Shown piece by piece: positions 35,559 to 44,531 of a DNA stretch of 64,000 nucleotides. The position numbers and the translations under genes were made by a program. The first letter of the stretch is position 1, and each line of letters begins with the position of its first letter. The stretch is from IMG/VR virus record IMGVR_UViG_3300046660_000488, positions 310,001 to 374,000 of that record. One strand, given 5' to 3'. The notes under the pieces were generated by a model. That model made no database searches, had not been told where the DNA came from, and worked only from the letters and a program-made list of their open reading frames with translations.

Positions 35559-36497
35559 TTACCGGCGGGCGATCTTGATCAAAGCAGCCACGCAGCCAGC
35601 CAAATTGATCTCAGGGTCGGCGCTGATCCCGTGGTTCACCAGATACTGGGCGATAACCGACAGGGCGTCGTTTTCCTGATCTTCAGTCGAGCCCCACAGT
35701 TGGAGGTTCGTGTAGAAATACCGGTAGATGTCCGGGTAATCCTCGATCAAGGCGTTCGCCGTGACGACCTCGCGGCCCTGCTTGAACTTGCCCTGCTTGA
35801 ACAGGTCGATCATGTCCAGCAGGTATTCCTTGGCGTCAACGAGGGTTTCCTTCGCGGGCGCCGGGCCGAGCACGCCGCCGACCGTTTCCTTGTCCATCAG
35901 GCCGATGCAGCGCCGAAGGTCGGGGTAGGTCAGGTCGCAGTACTTGATCAGGTTGTCGATGTCGAAACCGATGTTCTCCAGCGTCAGGATTTCGCCTGCG
36001 CGGGCCATGAACTCGTTGCGGTCCATGGCCGAGAACGAATAATGCTGAATTCGGCTCGTGATCGCTTCGATGATCTTGTTTGGATAGTTGCAGGTCAGGA
36101 TGAACCGGCAAGTCCGTTCCTTCTGCTCCATTTCAGTGCGAAGGAATTTCTGGGACAGGACCGACAGGGCGTCGGCCTCGTCGAGGATCACGTACTTGAT
36201 CCCGGTGGCGTTGAAGGCCCACGTGTTGCAGAAATTGACGATGCGATCCTGCACCTCGTCGATCTTCCGTTCGCGGCTCGCCGGGATGAACAGGATGTCG
36301 CCCTTGGGGATACCAAGCTCGTTCATCAGAACGAAGGCCAGCGACGTCTTGCCAGTGCCCGGCGTGCCGGAGAACAGCAGGTGGGGCAGAGAGCCCTTCT
36401 TCACCATTTCTTCGAACTTCGAACGCTGGCGGAAATCCTGCCAGACGTACTCCGCGATGGTCTTCGGACGGTATTTTTCCGTGAGAAGGCTTGCCAT
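35559..36497 (-). CDS. clamp loader subunit (T4 gp44/RFC-like AAA+)
   Basis: EKYRPKT, GTPGTGKTS, ILDEAD, CNYPNKIIEAITSR. Confidence 0.93.
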   Translation of the reverse strand: MASLLTEKYRPKTIAEYVWQDFRQRSKFEEMVKKGSLPHLLFSGTPGTGKTSLAFVLMNELGIPKGDILFIPASRERKIDEVQDRIVNFCNTWAFNATGIKYVILDEADALSVLSQKFLRTEMEQKERTCRFILTCNYPNKIIEAITSRIQHYSFSAMDRNEFMARAGEILTLENIGFDIDNLIKYCDLTYPDLRRCIGLMDKETVGGVLGPAPAKETLVDAKEYLLDMIDLFKQGKFKQGREVVTANALIEDYPDIYRYFYTNLQLWGSTEDQENDALSVIAQYLVNHGISADPEINLAGCVAALIKIARR

Positions 36498-36554
36498 GAA
36501 ATGACCTACTGCAATCTGGTAAACAAAATGGGTAAACGAAAATACGAGACTGGT

Positions 36555-36944
36555 TTACCAGTTTGTTCCACGAACCGCAAATTCCAATCCGGGGTTCGAT
36601 TGGGCGCCCGACTCTTTCCTCGGGTCTTCGTCGGTCACCAGCATGACCGCCTTGGGCCAATCGACGCGCCACAGGTCCACGGACACGCCGTCGATCTCGA
36701 TGACGGTCTTGTTGGTCCAGCGGCCGTGTTCGGTCATGATCCACTGGCCGACCTTGACTTCGGTGACGTCGGGACCGACCATATAGACGCGGCCCCAGCG
36801 GGCACGGATGCCCCGGTTGGTCATGTCGTCGTCGGGGATGATCAGACCGGCCTTGGTGAACTTGTGGCCATGGTCCAGATCGGTGATCCAGACGTGGTCC
36901 TTGCGCGGGGTGAACGTCTTGGCCTTGATAGTGGTAATCGCCAT
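36555..36944 (-). CDS. GroES-like co-chaperonin
   Basis: P..DHV, TKAGLIIPD, GRVYMVGPD..EVKVG. Confidence 0.8.
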   Translation of the reverse strand: MAITTIKAKTFTPRKDHVWITDLDHGHKFTKAGLIIPDDDMTNRGIRARWGRVYMVGPDVTEVKVGQWIMTEHGRWTNKTVIEIDGVSVDLWRVDWPKAVMLVTDEDPRKESGAQSNPGLEFAVRGTNW

Positions 36945-37011
36945 GTCGGAAATGCCTTAAGAAAATATCGTAAACGCATGATACCGGATGGCGAAAATCG
37001 GCGTCAAAATC

Positions 37012-37040
37012 AAAAGGGCGGAACCGAAGCCCCGCCCTTT
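37012..37040 (-). terminator. intrinsic terminator
   Basis: AAAGGGCGG/CCGCCCTTT stem after holin-like gene. Confidence 0.6.
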
Positions 37041-37041
37041 C

Positions 37042-37548
37042 TTAGACTGAAGTCTCCGGCGGAACCGGAGAGTTCGGAACCGACACCGACACGGTGGTCG
37101 CATCGGGTGGGATGGACGCCGTGACTGTGGTCGAGGCGCCTGCCGAATCCACAGAGAAACTGTGGTGGTTGTCGTCGTCATCGTCGAACTCAAGGTTCGC
37201 GCCGATGCCGTTGGGGGCGGTGACGGCCAATTGCTTGACCTTGCCGAACGCCAGAGCAACGATCACCAGACCGATAAGGCCCAGCGAGATCATCAGGCCA
37301 GAGCCGAGCGAATGGATACGGTCAGCCGCGACCGCCTCCGGCCACTTTCCGTAGCCAATGATCATCGTGTACCACGCGGCGAACGCAGTCACGACCATCC
37401 CGGCTCCGAGCATGAGGGCGAAAGTAATGGTTGGGAGCAGTTTCAATTGATTGAACAGCTTACGGAGTTTTGGTGCCTCCGCCGTTCCCATCCTTTGCAG
37501 ATTTTGCTGAAGGTTGGGCGGCAGTTTGGGCAGATTTGGTAGCTTCAT
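37042..37548 (-). CDS. two-TM membrane protein, holin candidate
   Basis: Two TM segments; directly follows spanin-like pair. Confidence 0.45.
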   Translation of the reverse strand: MKLPNLPKLPPNLQQNLQRMGTAEAPKLRKLFNQLKLLPTITFALMLGAGMVVTAFAAWYTMIIGYGKWPEAVAADRIHSLGSGLMISLGLIGLVIVALAFGKVKQLAVTAPNGIGANLEFDDDDDNHHSFSVDSAGASTTVTASIPPDATTVSVSVPNSPVPPETSV

Positions 37549-37849
37549 CTTGGTTCCTCTTTTCGATGTCTTTTGCCTGTCTTTCTGTTTCGCTCTTGAT
37601 TTTCATGCGAGTTTCGTGCTCGCAAATCCAAGCAGTGTATCCGGCAAGCATCCAGTCAGAGACTTCCAAGTCGGTTCCGGTACGAACGTAGTCCGCCTTG
37701 GCGGGCCAAGGGCACTTGTTTTCGTCGAAGAACTCAGCAGCGGGTTTGACCGCGACGTAGGTTACCTTCGTCACGATTTGAGGCTTGGGGTTACCACCGC
37801 ATCCAGCAAGCAGCAGGGCGGCGAAAGTCATGGCGAGTAGCTTCTTCAC
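37460..37849 (-). CDS. outer-membrane lipoprotein, o-spanin candidate
   Basis: MKKLLAMTFAALLLAGC lipobox; further Cys residues. Confidence 0.7.
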   Translation of the reverse strand: MKKLLAMTFAALLLAGCGGNPKPQIVTKVTYVAVKPAAEFFDENKCPWPAKADYVRTGTDLEVSDWMLAGYTAWICEHETRMKIKSETERQAKDIEKRNQDEATKSAQTAAQPSAKSAKDGNGGGTKTP

Positions 37850-38265
37850 TTCTGTGCCTTCCTGTCTGCTTCCAATTGCTCGATACGATCCACCGTCTCG
37901 ATGACCACCGGACCGGCTTTGCCGTTCTGAAGCTCACCGGTGGCGACCCGGTCATGGATCACGGTGGATGTGTTCTTGATCTTGCCGACCGCTACCGACA
38001 GGCTGTCACGAAGTTCCTGAGCGGCCTGCTCGGATTTCTTTGCTTGCTCGTCGGAGAATTTGCGGTCTTTTTCAGCTTGTACAACTGCGGCCTTCAAGTC
38101 GCGTACGACATATTCCTCTCGAACGTCGTCTCGAACACCATCCAAGAACTTGTGGGTGTAGTGCTGCGCGGCAAAGAACAGCCCAATCGCCAGCGCGATC
38201 CCACCAAATAGCTTGGCGAGAAACTTGCCGAGTGGCGAATTCAGGAAAACCCAAGCCGCGCCCAC
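37846..38265 (-). CDS. i-spanin candidate
   Basis: N-terminal TM then coiled coil; overlaps lipoprotein start. Confidence 0.65.
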   Translation of the reverse strand: MGAAWVFLNSPLGKFLAKLFGGIALAIGLFFAAQHYTHKFLDGVRDDVREEYVVRDLKAAVVQAEKDRKFSDEQAKKSEQAAQELRDSLSVAVGKIKNTSTVIHDRVATGELQNGKAGPVVIETVDRIEQLEADRKAQK

Positions 38266-38267
38266 GG

Positions 38268-38624
38268 TTAGTCTTCCTTGTCTTCGATCTTGCGGGCCTT
38301 GCGCGGCGCTTCACGGACGGCTTGCGTCGGCGCCTTGGGCGTCGAGGCGGCCTTCATCGCAGCGGCCACAGCTTCTTCCGGCGTCGCGAAGGTCGTCGGA
38401 GCATCGACCGCGATGTTGCGGAGCGAAACTTGGCGGACAGCCTTGGGGTTCTGCGCGTAGTATTGCTGGGTCACGACTTCGCGGCGCTGCAAGATTTGGC
38501 CACGAGCGCCGATACGGTCGCCACGGGCGTTCATGCTTGCGTTGCCGAGCGCGATCACATTCTCGTTCTCGGCCATCAGGCGGGTCATATCGACCTCTTC
38601 GCCCTTCATCGAACGAACTTTCAT
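38268..38624 (-). CDS. phage hypothetical protein
   Basis: GEEVDMTRL..ENE..IALGN..MNARGDRIG..GQI; late motif upstream. Confidence 0.7.
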   Translation of the reverse strand: MKVRSMKGEEVDMTRLMAENENVIALGNASMNARGDRIGARGQILQRREVVTQQYYAQNPKAVRQVSLRNIAVDAPTTFATPEEAVAAAMKAASTPKAPTQAVREAPRKARKIEDKED

Positions 38625-38653
38625 AGTAGTCACTCCTGTTAAGTGTGCGCTGG

Positions 38654-38660
38654 TATTTAG
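38654..38660 (-). promoter_or_regulatory. late promoter motif CTAAATA
   Basis: Heads the lysis-like operon. Confidence 0.6.
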
Positions 38661-38704
38661 CCATGCGGGTGGCTTAACTACCGACACATCACAAAACGGT
38701 GTGA

Positions 38705-39232
38705 CTACTTAAGGAAGTCGTGGACGTCCAAGTTGAATGTGATGGGATTTACTTTGTGGACGCCGATCAGGAACAGGCAGAAACTGGTCACCGAAGACCC
38801 CCGGCCCACGCCCCAGACGATCTTGTTCTTCCTGAAATGGTCGATCAGGTAGATCATCAACTGGAGCAGCGGAATCAACTGCCGTTCCTCGAACAGGTCC
38901 ATTTCCATGTTGACCCGCTCGACCTCGACGACGGTCTTGCATTTGTCCAGCAGATAGTGGCGGACGTCTATGGCCTTGAACTCGTCAGGGACGAACCATG
39001 TGGCCGCGCGCTGGGCGTGTTCTTCCTCGGGGGAATGGTCGATGGGCGGCGGCATGGTCAGGGCGGCGTGCCGCTTGTCGAAATGCCGACACCATTCGTT
39101 ATAGGCGGCGATCTCGTCGCTGGGTTCGACGAAGATGCGAGAAATGTCCGCACCAGTCATCAGCAACTCGCCAACGGACGCGGGGTCGATGATCGTTCGA
39201 CCCCATTCGTCCACACGCCTATTCACGCTCAT
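38705..39232 (-). CDS. DNA polymerase III alpha (DnaE)-like fragment
   Basis: IVWGVGRGSSVTSFCLFLIGVHKVNPITF resembles DnaE GPGRGSAAGS..LGIT.VDP; ends before catalytic Asp motif. Confidence 0.7.
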   Translation of the reverse strand: MSVNRRVDEWGRTIIDPASVGELLMTGADISRIFVEPSDEIAAYNEWCRHFDKRHAALTMPPPIDHSPEEEHAQRAATWFVPDEFKAIDVRHYLLDKCKTVVEVERVNMEMDLFEERQLIPLLQLMIYLIDHFRKNKIVWGVGRGSSVTSFCLFLIGVHKVNPITFNLDVHDFLK

Positions 39233-39251
39233 CGTCGTCTCTCAGGAAACC

Positions 39252-39944
39252 TCAGTCCTGAGTCTTACCACCATCGATAACCGTAGGCCTAAAATTATGT
39301 CGCACGATGGCGCCATTTGATGCCGTGGGCCGTTTCTGGTCAAGGAAATCGAACGTGAAGGCGTAGGCCGGGCGAACCGACAGATCGGCGTCATCCGGTG
39401 GAACTGTGTCCAGCGTCGAGCCGTCGTCGCGATCCCACCACGGCTCGTCGAAGTAGCGGCGGGTGTCGAACCATTCATCAGCGTCAGGCAGGACAGCCGA
39501 CGAATCGCCGACGAAATCGAACGAGACGCCCAGTTGGTTTCCGGTTTCGATCCGCATGGCGCCGAAGGCCATGGAAAGACCCGAGAGGGCTTGCAGCTTG
39601 GCTTGCAGCAGCGGGGCCATGTGTTGGTCAGTCGGCTCGAACGGCGTCAGCATCAGGACGTTGCTGATCATCGGTTTGGTCCCGGCGTCGTCGAAGATCA
39701 TCTTGATGGCCGTGGCGTTGCTCTGGGCGAACACGATGGCCCCGTCGAGGATGTTGTCCAGCCAGAAGCGGATTTTCTCGAAGGCGCGGTCAATCTCGTG
39801 CTCGGACGCTTCGTCCAGCGGGATGAATTCGGCGCGGACCCGCATCTTGGTGGGGACCAGCAAATCTTCGATCATCCGCACGAACCCGACTTCAAAATGG
39901 AAATAGTTGAAGCAATTCACTTCGAGGTCATCTTCGTCAATCAT
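39252..39944 (-). CDS. hypothetical protein
   Basis: 230 aa ORF. Confidence 0.7.
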   Translation of the reverse strand: MIDEDDLEVNCFNYFHFEVGFVRMIEDLLVPTKMRVRAEFIPLDEASEHEIDRAFEKIRFWLDNILDGAIVFAQSNATAIKMIFDDAGTKPMISNVLMLTPFEPTDQHMAPLLQAKLQALSGLSMAFGAMRIETGNQLGVSFDFVGDSSAVLPDADEWFDTRRYFDEPWWDRDDGSTLDTVPPDDADLSVRPAYAFTFDFLDQKRPTASNGAIVRHNFRPTVIDGGKTQD

Positions 39945-39947
39945 GGG

Positions 39948-40397
39948 TTACTCGCCTTCTCGGGTGTCGTCGGGGGTATCTTCAGGGGGCTTGGGGCGCG
40001 CATCGCTTCGTTCGAACCGGCGATGCGGCGCCGCAGGCTCCGGGTTGAGGGGATTTGTCGTGCGCTGAGCGGCAAGACGTTCGCGGCCGACTTTGCGGCG
40101 CTGCGACATTTTGCTCTCTTCTTCGGAGACCACGTTGTCGCGGTGGTTCTTGCCAGCGAGGTCGGGTTCGGTCTCGATCACATCGGGGAAGATTTTCTTC
40201 TGCTCTTCGAACAGGTCACGGAGCATGCGTTCGCGCCGCTCGGCGTTGATCACGGCGAGCATGTTCCACAGTTGAGTGACCATGTCGGTGCTATGCCACC
40301 GGCTGGCCAGATTCATCTTACGGCTTAGCTCTTCCGATTTGCGGTTGAGTTCATCTTCACTCATCCCAGAAACATCGAAGCCCGGCAAATCGAACAT
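39948..40397 (-). CDS. hypothetical protein
   Basis: 149 aa; ATAAATA at 40454-40460 upstream. Confidence 0.7.
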   Translation of the reverse strand: MFDLPGFDVSGMSEDELNRKSEELSRKMNLASRWHSTDMVTQLWNMLAVINAERRERMLRDLFEEQKKIFPDVIETEPDLAGKNHRDNVVSEEESKMSQRRKVGRERLAAQRTTNPLNPEPAAPHRRFERSDARPKPPEDTPDDTREGE

Positions 40398-40453
40398 ATC
40401 TCTGTATACCAGTTTTCAGGCCGTTTCCCTAAATGAAAACAGCCATATGCTGG

Positions 40454-40460
40454 TATTTAT
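40454..40460 (-). promoter_or_regulatory. late promoter motif ATAAATA
   Basis: Upstream of 40397 start. Confidence 0.55.
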
Positions 40461-40466
40461 GATCGG

Positions 40467-40706
40467 TTATTTCTTTGGGGGCGCTTTAGGAAGCCTATTT
40501 ACGAACGCAGGATTTGTGACCCTATAGTTCGTACCACAGTTGGAGCAATAGAAATCCACGTAACGAAAGATGACATTCTTGAACCCAAGTTCCGACACGC
40601 TTCCGCAATCGCAACTAAAGCACAATGGTCCATCTACCGTCAGACGTCGATCTTGGTTTGCTTCTACCTTTGGTTCTTTACCGCCCGGAAAACGAATGAT
40701 CTCCAT
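40467..40706 (-). CDS. small zinc-ribbon protein
   Basis: CDCG and CSNCG; ATAAATA at 40750-40756 upstream. Confidence 0.6.
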   Translation of the reverse strand: MEIIRFPGGKEPKVEANQDRRLTVDGPLCFSCDCGSVSELGFKNVIFRYVDFYCSNCGTNYRVTNPAFVNRLPKAPPKK

Positions 40707-40825
40707 ACCCTTACGCCCGTGGACCCACCCACTAAACTTGTTACCAAAATATTTATGGGGTCCTATGCCACAAATAAGACGCCTTTTGCTTTGGACGGTG
40801 GGTGACTAACGATGCACGCTAGGGG

Positions 40826-42829
40826 TTAATGATCGTTCATATACACCAGAGCGAGGCCGCCGCCTGATGTGCCCGGCCGGGTTCCCGTGTTCAGGGACGT
40901 GACCGCACTTGGGGCCTGAACCGGCGGCTCGTTGTAAAGTGTCGCGCCGACTTGCAGAGAGCTACCGCCGGTGTTGAACCGCGCCAACACGGTGGTTCCA
41001 TTATACGTCCCGGTAAAACTTCCACCCACTCCGTAACTGGCATAGGCCACGGGCGGATAACTTGTGGAGTCCGAATAATTGATGGTGCTGTTGTACGGCC
41101 GCGTTGATCCATAACCGTAGAGCATCACCGTGGGCAAAAGCTCTGCGAATGTGGTCGAGGCATGGCTGATCGGGCAACCGGCGGCTCCGAACGATCCGCT
41201 GGAAGCACCCGAACCGACCCGCAGTTCCTTGCCATCATTTACGCCGCCGTTGACGCGGAACGCCAAACGAGGGGCTGTGACGTTGGCGACCTGATCGGGG
41301 GCCGCGTTGAAGTTGGTCTGCACGAGGCTGAACGAGGTTTCATCACCAAGGCATTGGTAATCCCAGACCGCAGTTTCGCCATAGGATTGCGGACCGCCCT
41401 TCGAATCATCCGACCAGTACGCACCAACTGCGGACGCCGTGCCCGCGAGGTGGACCCGCAACGTCCCAGCGTAACCCTGACCGGGGATCGTGACCGTGGT
41501 CGCAATGGACGATTGGGGAGCAGCCGCCGTCTGGACGTAAGGAACGTTCTGGCTGAGACCTCCAGCATAGACTGCCACGGGTGTCGGTCCGGTGAGTGTG
41601 ACATAGCCCGTATAACCCGCTGCGATGAACTGGTTGGCCGAGTATTTCCGCAGGAAGGGAACGGACACACCGGTGGTTCCCAGCGGGTTGAAATCGACCG
41701 GGCCGTAGGATACCGGCGACCCTTGTTGCGCGTAGGTCTGGTCGATCCAGCGGAAGTACCGGACGTCAACGGCGGTGGTGACCGCGAGATCAGATTGTAG
41801 AGCGACAATGCTCTTGATGTTAGCCACACCAACCGTCGCGACTTGCGACCACGACGAGCCGTTGTAGCGGAAGATGTAGACCGTCGTCCGCAGGTGGTTC
41901 AGGGCGAAGAAATGGGTTCCGTCCGGCGAGAAGACACCTTGGATGAAATGCCGATTGTTCGTTTCAAGGTAGAACGCCTGCACGCTCGCGCCCGTTGCTC
42001 CGCTCAATGTGCTGATGGCCACCACGGCGTGGTTGTCACCGTCGCCATTTCCGAACGCGGCGATGTGTTGCTTGGTCGGTGAGACCACGCAAGCGAACTG
42101 GTTGTTGTTTCCAAAACCGGCTTCACCACCATCCGGATCGTACGGCCAGCCGCTGAAGCTGGTCATCGTATACTGAGTGTAGGGCGTCGCCCCTGTCGCT
42201 GAATACAGGAACCGATTACTCGGGCCTGAAATGTATTTCTCATCGTCCGTGACCGACAAATTGACCGGAGATTCCGCGCCACTCATTAGGTACAGCGGCA
42301 ACGAGCCAATCGAGACGCGCGAGCTATAGTTTGGCGATCCGTTCGCATTGGTGTCAAAGCGCCAGACCGTGCCGCCGGAGTCGAGCAAGTAAACTCGCGT
42401 ACCCGTCGTATTGAACGTGATCGCACGGAAATATCCCGTGCCCCAGCCGGATGACGTATCGGCGTACGATCCTGACCCGGAGCCGTCTTCCTTAGCGGTT
42501 TGGAGGTAACCAATCGTGTCCTGAGCAACCGTACCGGAATAGACCCAGCCGTTGGAATTGCGGACGATCACTGCCGAGTACGGTGATCCCGTGGCGGACA
42601 GGCGAGTCGTCAGGTCGTAATAAGTACCAGACCCGGTGTCAGCGGCGTTCGACGCACCGTAGAAATGGTGGAAGCTGAGCGGGCCTGATGTGGGGATGCC
42701 TTGATTTGCTACGGTATCGGGAACAAACGGCCCGCCGCGATAATAATTCGAAAGCTTGATCGGCGCCGAGCCGCCGAATTCGGCCACCAAGTCGCTGAAG
42801 CTGATTTTGCCGTTTGTGGGAAGAGCCAT
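40826..42829 (-). CDS. gp38-like adhesin / receptor-binding virion protein
   Basis: N-terminal LP..G.ISFSDLVAEFGG..P..LSNYYRGG..VP adhesin-type head, then beta-propeller-like repeats. Confidence 0.65.
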   Translation of the reverse strand: MALPTNGKISFSDLVAEFGGSAPIKLSNYYRGGPFVPDTVANQGIPTSGPLSFHHFYGASNAADTGSGTYYDLTTRLSATGSPYSAVIVRNSNGWVYSGTVAQDTIGYLQTAKEDGSGSGSYADTSSGWGTGYFRAITFNTTGTRVYLLDSGGTVWRFDTNANGSPNYSSRVSIGSLPLYLMSGAESPVNLSVTDDEKYISGPSNRFLYSATGATPYTQYTMTSFSGWPYDPDGGEAGFGNNNQFACVVSPTKQHIAAFGNGDGDNHAVVAISTLSGATGASVQAFYLETNNRHFIQGVFSPDGTHFFALNHLRTTVYIFRYNGSSWSQVATVGVANIKSIVALQSDLAVTTAVDVRYFRWIDQTYAQQGSPVSYGPVDFNPLGTTGVSVPFLRKYSANQFIAAGYTGYVTLTGPTPVAVYAGGLSQNVPYVQTAAAPQSSIATTVTIPGQGYAGTLRVHLAGTASAVGAYWSDDSKGGPQSYGETAVWDYQCLGDETSFSLVQTNFNAAPDQVANVTAPRLAFRVNGGVNDGKELRVGSGASSGSFGAAGCPISHASTTFAELLPTVMLYGYGSTRPYNSTINYSDSTSYPPVAYASYGVGGSFTGTYNGTTVLARFNTGGSSLQVGATLYNEPPVQAPSAVTSLNTGTRPGTSGGGLALVYMNDH

Positions 42830-42833
42830 GCCG

Positions 42834-42840
42834 TATTTAT
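42834..42840 (-). promoter_or_regulatory. late promoter motif ATAAATA
   Basis: 4 nt before ATG 42829. Confidence 0.65.
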
Positions 42841-42883
42841 TTGGTTGACCACATCAACATTTCGTGCTCAAACCCCCGGTATT

Positions 42884-43291
42884 ATGGCCGCAACAGACCG
42901 CCTCTTGGATCGCAAAGAATTCGGCGAGCGTGTATACGCCCGTGACAAGCACAAGTGCGTCTTCTGCGGAGCAAAGGCTGACGACCCTCACCACATCTTG
43001 GATCGCAAGCTCTATCCGGATGGCGGCTATTACCTGAACAACGGCGCGTCCGTCTGCAACCCGTGCCACATGAAATGCGAGACCGGTGAGTTCACCGTCG
43101 AGCAGGTTCGAGTCAAGGCTGGGATCACCGATCCGATCTACCCGCCGGGCATCACGGCCGACATGGTCGTGGACAAATGGGGCAACCAGTATCTGGAGGA
43201 TGGGCGGCGGATCAAAGGCCCACTGTTCGAGGACACGGCCGTTCAGAAACTGTTCAAGCGCGATCTGTGGATGTTCGAAGACCATGAGTAA
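42884..43291 (+). CDS. HNH endonuclease family protein
   Basis: RDKHKCVFCG, DPHHI, NNGASVCNPCH. Confidence 0.85.
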   Translation: MAATDRLLDRKEFGERVYARDKHKCVFCGAKADDPHHILDRKLYPDGGYYLNNGASVCNPCHMKCETGEFTVEQVRVKAGITDPIYPPGITADMVVDKWGNQYLEDGRRIKGPLFEDTAVQKLFKRDLWMFEDHE

Positions 43292-43559
43292 GAAGAGCCT
43301 CAGCACCTACCATTTCACGGTCAACGGCAGTCCCGAGAAAGTCTGCGATCTGAAATCCACTATCTATGACGAGGCAGTCGCGGCGATCCCTGCAATGCTG
43401 AGTGAGCCAGAGAAGCAGTATCCGCTCGAAATCACGATCTGGGTTCCGGACCTTCTTCCCGACTATGGGCCGTATGATTACTACATCGAAAAGCCGGGTG
43501 GTGCTGTCGCCATTGCTGTGACCCGGCCGGATGGAACAAAGATGGCCATCTACACTTGA
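43284..43559 (+). CDS. hypothetical protein
   Basis: Overlaps HNH stop. Confidence 0.55.
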   Translation: MSKKSLSTYHFTVNGSPEKVCDLKSTIYDEAVAAIPAMLSEPEKQYPLEITIWVPDLLPDYGPYDYYIEKPGGAVAIAVTRPDGTKMAIYT

Positions 43560-43583
43560 CTTGGGTCGTATCTCCAGTATAAT
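43556..43583 (+). promoter_or_regulatory. sigma70-like promoter
   Basis: TTGACT-N16-TATAAT. Confidence 0.75.
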
Positions 43584-43619
43584 GGGAGCTTCTATTCAAC
43601 CCTCAATGAGGAGGCGGCC

Positions 43620-44276
43620 ATGCTGGACTACTCGATCCTGCACAAATATCCGCATACGCCGCACCTGCCTCAGTCGCGGTCGCGGACCGATGACGACCGG
43701 GTTCTGACCAAGACCACGCACCTTCTGGGCATGGACGTCGTGATGTCGGAGAAGATGGATGGCGAGAACGCCTCCCTCTACAACCATCACATCCACGCCC
43801 GGTCGCTGGACTCGCGTCCTCGCCCTGATCAGGACTGGGTTCGCCGGTTCTGGTCCAACCGACGCGCCGACATTCCGGCCAAGTGGCGGGTCTGCGGCGA
43901 GAACCTGTGGGCCAAGCACTCGATCATCTACGACAACCTCCCGAGCTACTTCCTTGGGTTCTCCATCTGGAATGACGAGAACGTCACGCTGGGTTGGGAC
44001 GAAACGCTGGAGTGGTTCAAGCTGCTGGACATCATCCCGGTTCGCGAACTCTATCGCGGCCCGTACTCGGATGACGTGGTCCTCGACCTCATCAGCAAGA
44101 TGAACCCGGACAAGCAAGAAGGGTTTGTCGTCCGCAACATCAACTCGTTCTCGCATGACGATTTCGAGTTGAATGCGGCCAAGTACGTTCGGCCCAAGCA
44201 CGTGCAGACCGATCAGCACTGGCTACACGGCGCCATCACGCCAAACGGGCTCGCCCCGGACGGCCAGCAACAGTAA
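43620..44276 (+). CDS. ATP-dependent RNA ligase family protein (short Rnl2-like)
   Basis: KYPHTPHLP, EKMDGEN (motif I), CGEN, EGFVVR, AKYVR. Confidence 0.85.
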   Translation: MLDYSILHKYPHTPHLPQSRSRTDDDRVLTKTTHLLGMDVVMSEKMDGENASLYNHHIHARSLDSRPRPDQDWVRRFWSNRRADIPAKWRVCGENLWAKHSIIYDNLPSYFLGFSIWNDENVTLGWDETLEWFKLLDIIPVRELYRGPYSDDVVLDLISKMNPDKQEGFVVRNINSFSHDDFELNAAKYVRPKHVQTDQHWLHGAITPNGLAPDGQQQ

Positions 44277-44287
44277 CGGACGCTTTC

Positions 44288-44530
44288 ATGTCCCATATGA
44301 AATACCTCGTGCACGACAAAAATGGGGTGGAAGAGCCTTTCATCTTCCCCGAGACAATTGAGCACGTAGAAATGGCCGACCTTCTGGGTGTTGAAAACAA
44401 CGTCGTCTCGGCGGGTTTCTTCACCATCACCGATAGGGGCGCGTCCTGCTACGGTTCGTCGATGACGCTGATGGTCAGCGCCCGCCGGATCGAGGACCGC
44501 GACCTCATCAACCGTTTAGCGGGGTACTGA
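44288..44530 (+). CDS. hypothetical protein
   Basis: 80 aa between ligase and PNKP. Confidence 0.6.
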   Translation: MSHMKYLVHDKNGVEEPFIFPETIEHVEMADLLGVENNVVSAGFFTITDRGASCYGSSMTLMVSARRIEDRDLINRLAGY

Positions 44531-44531
44531 C

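Noticed and set aside
42884-43291. HNH as a mobile homing endonuclease insertion
   Set aside because: No interrupted host gene or intron context; it sits with the ligase cluster
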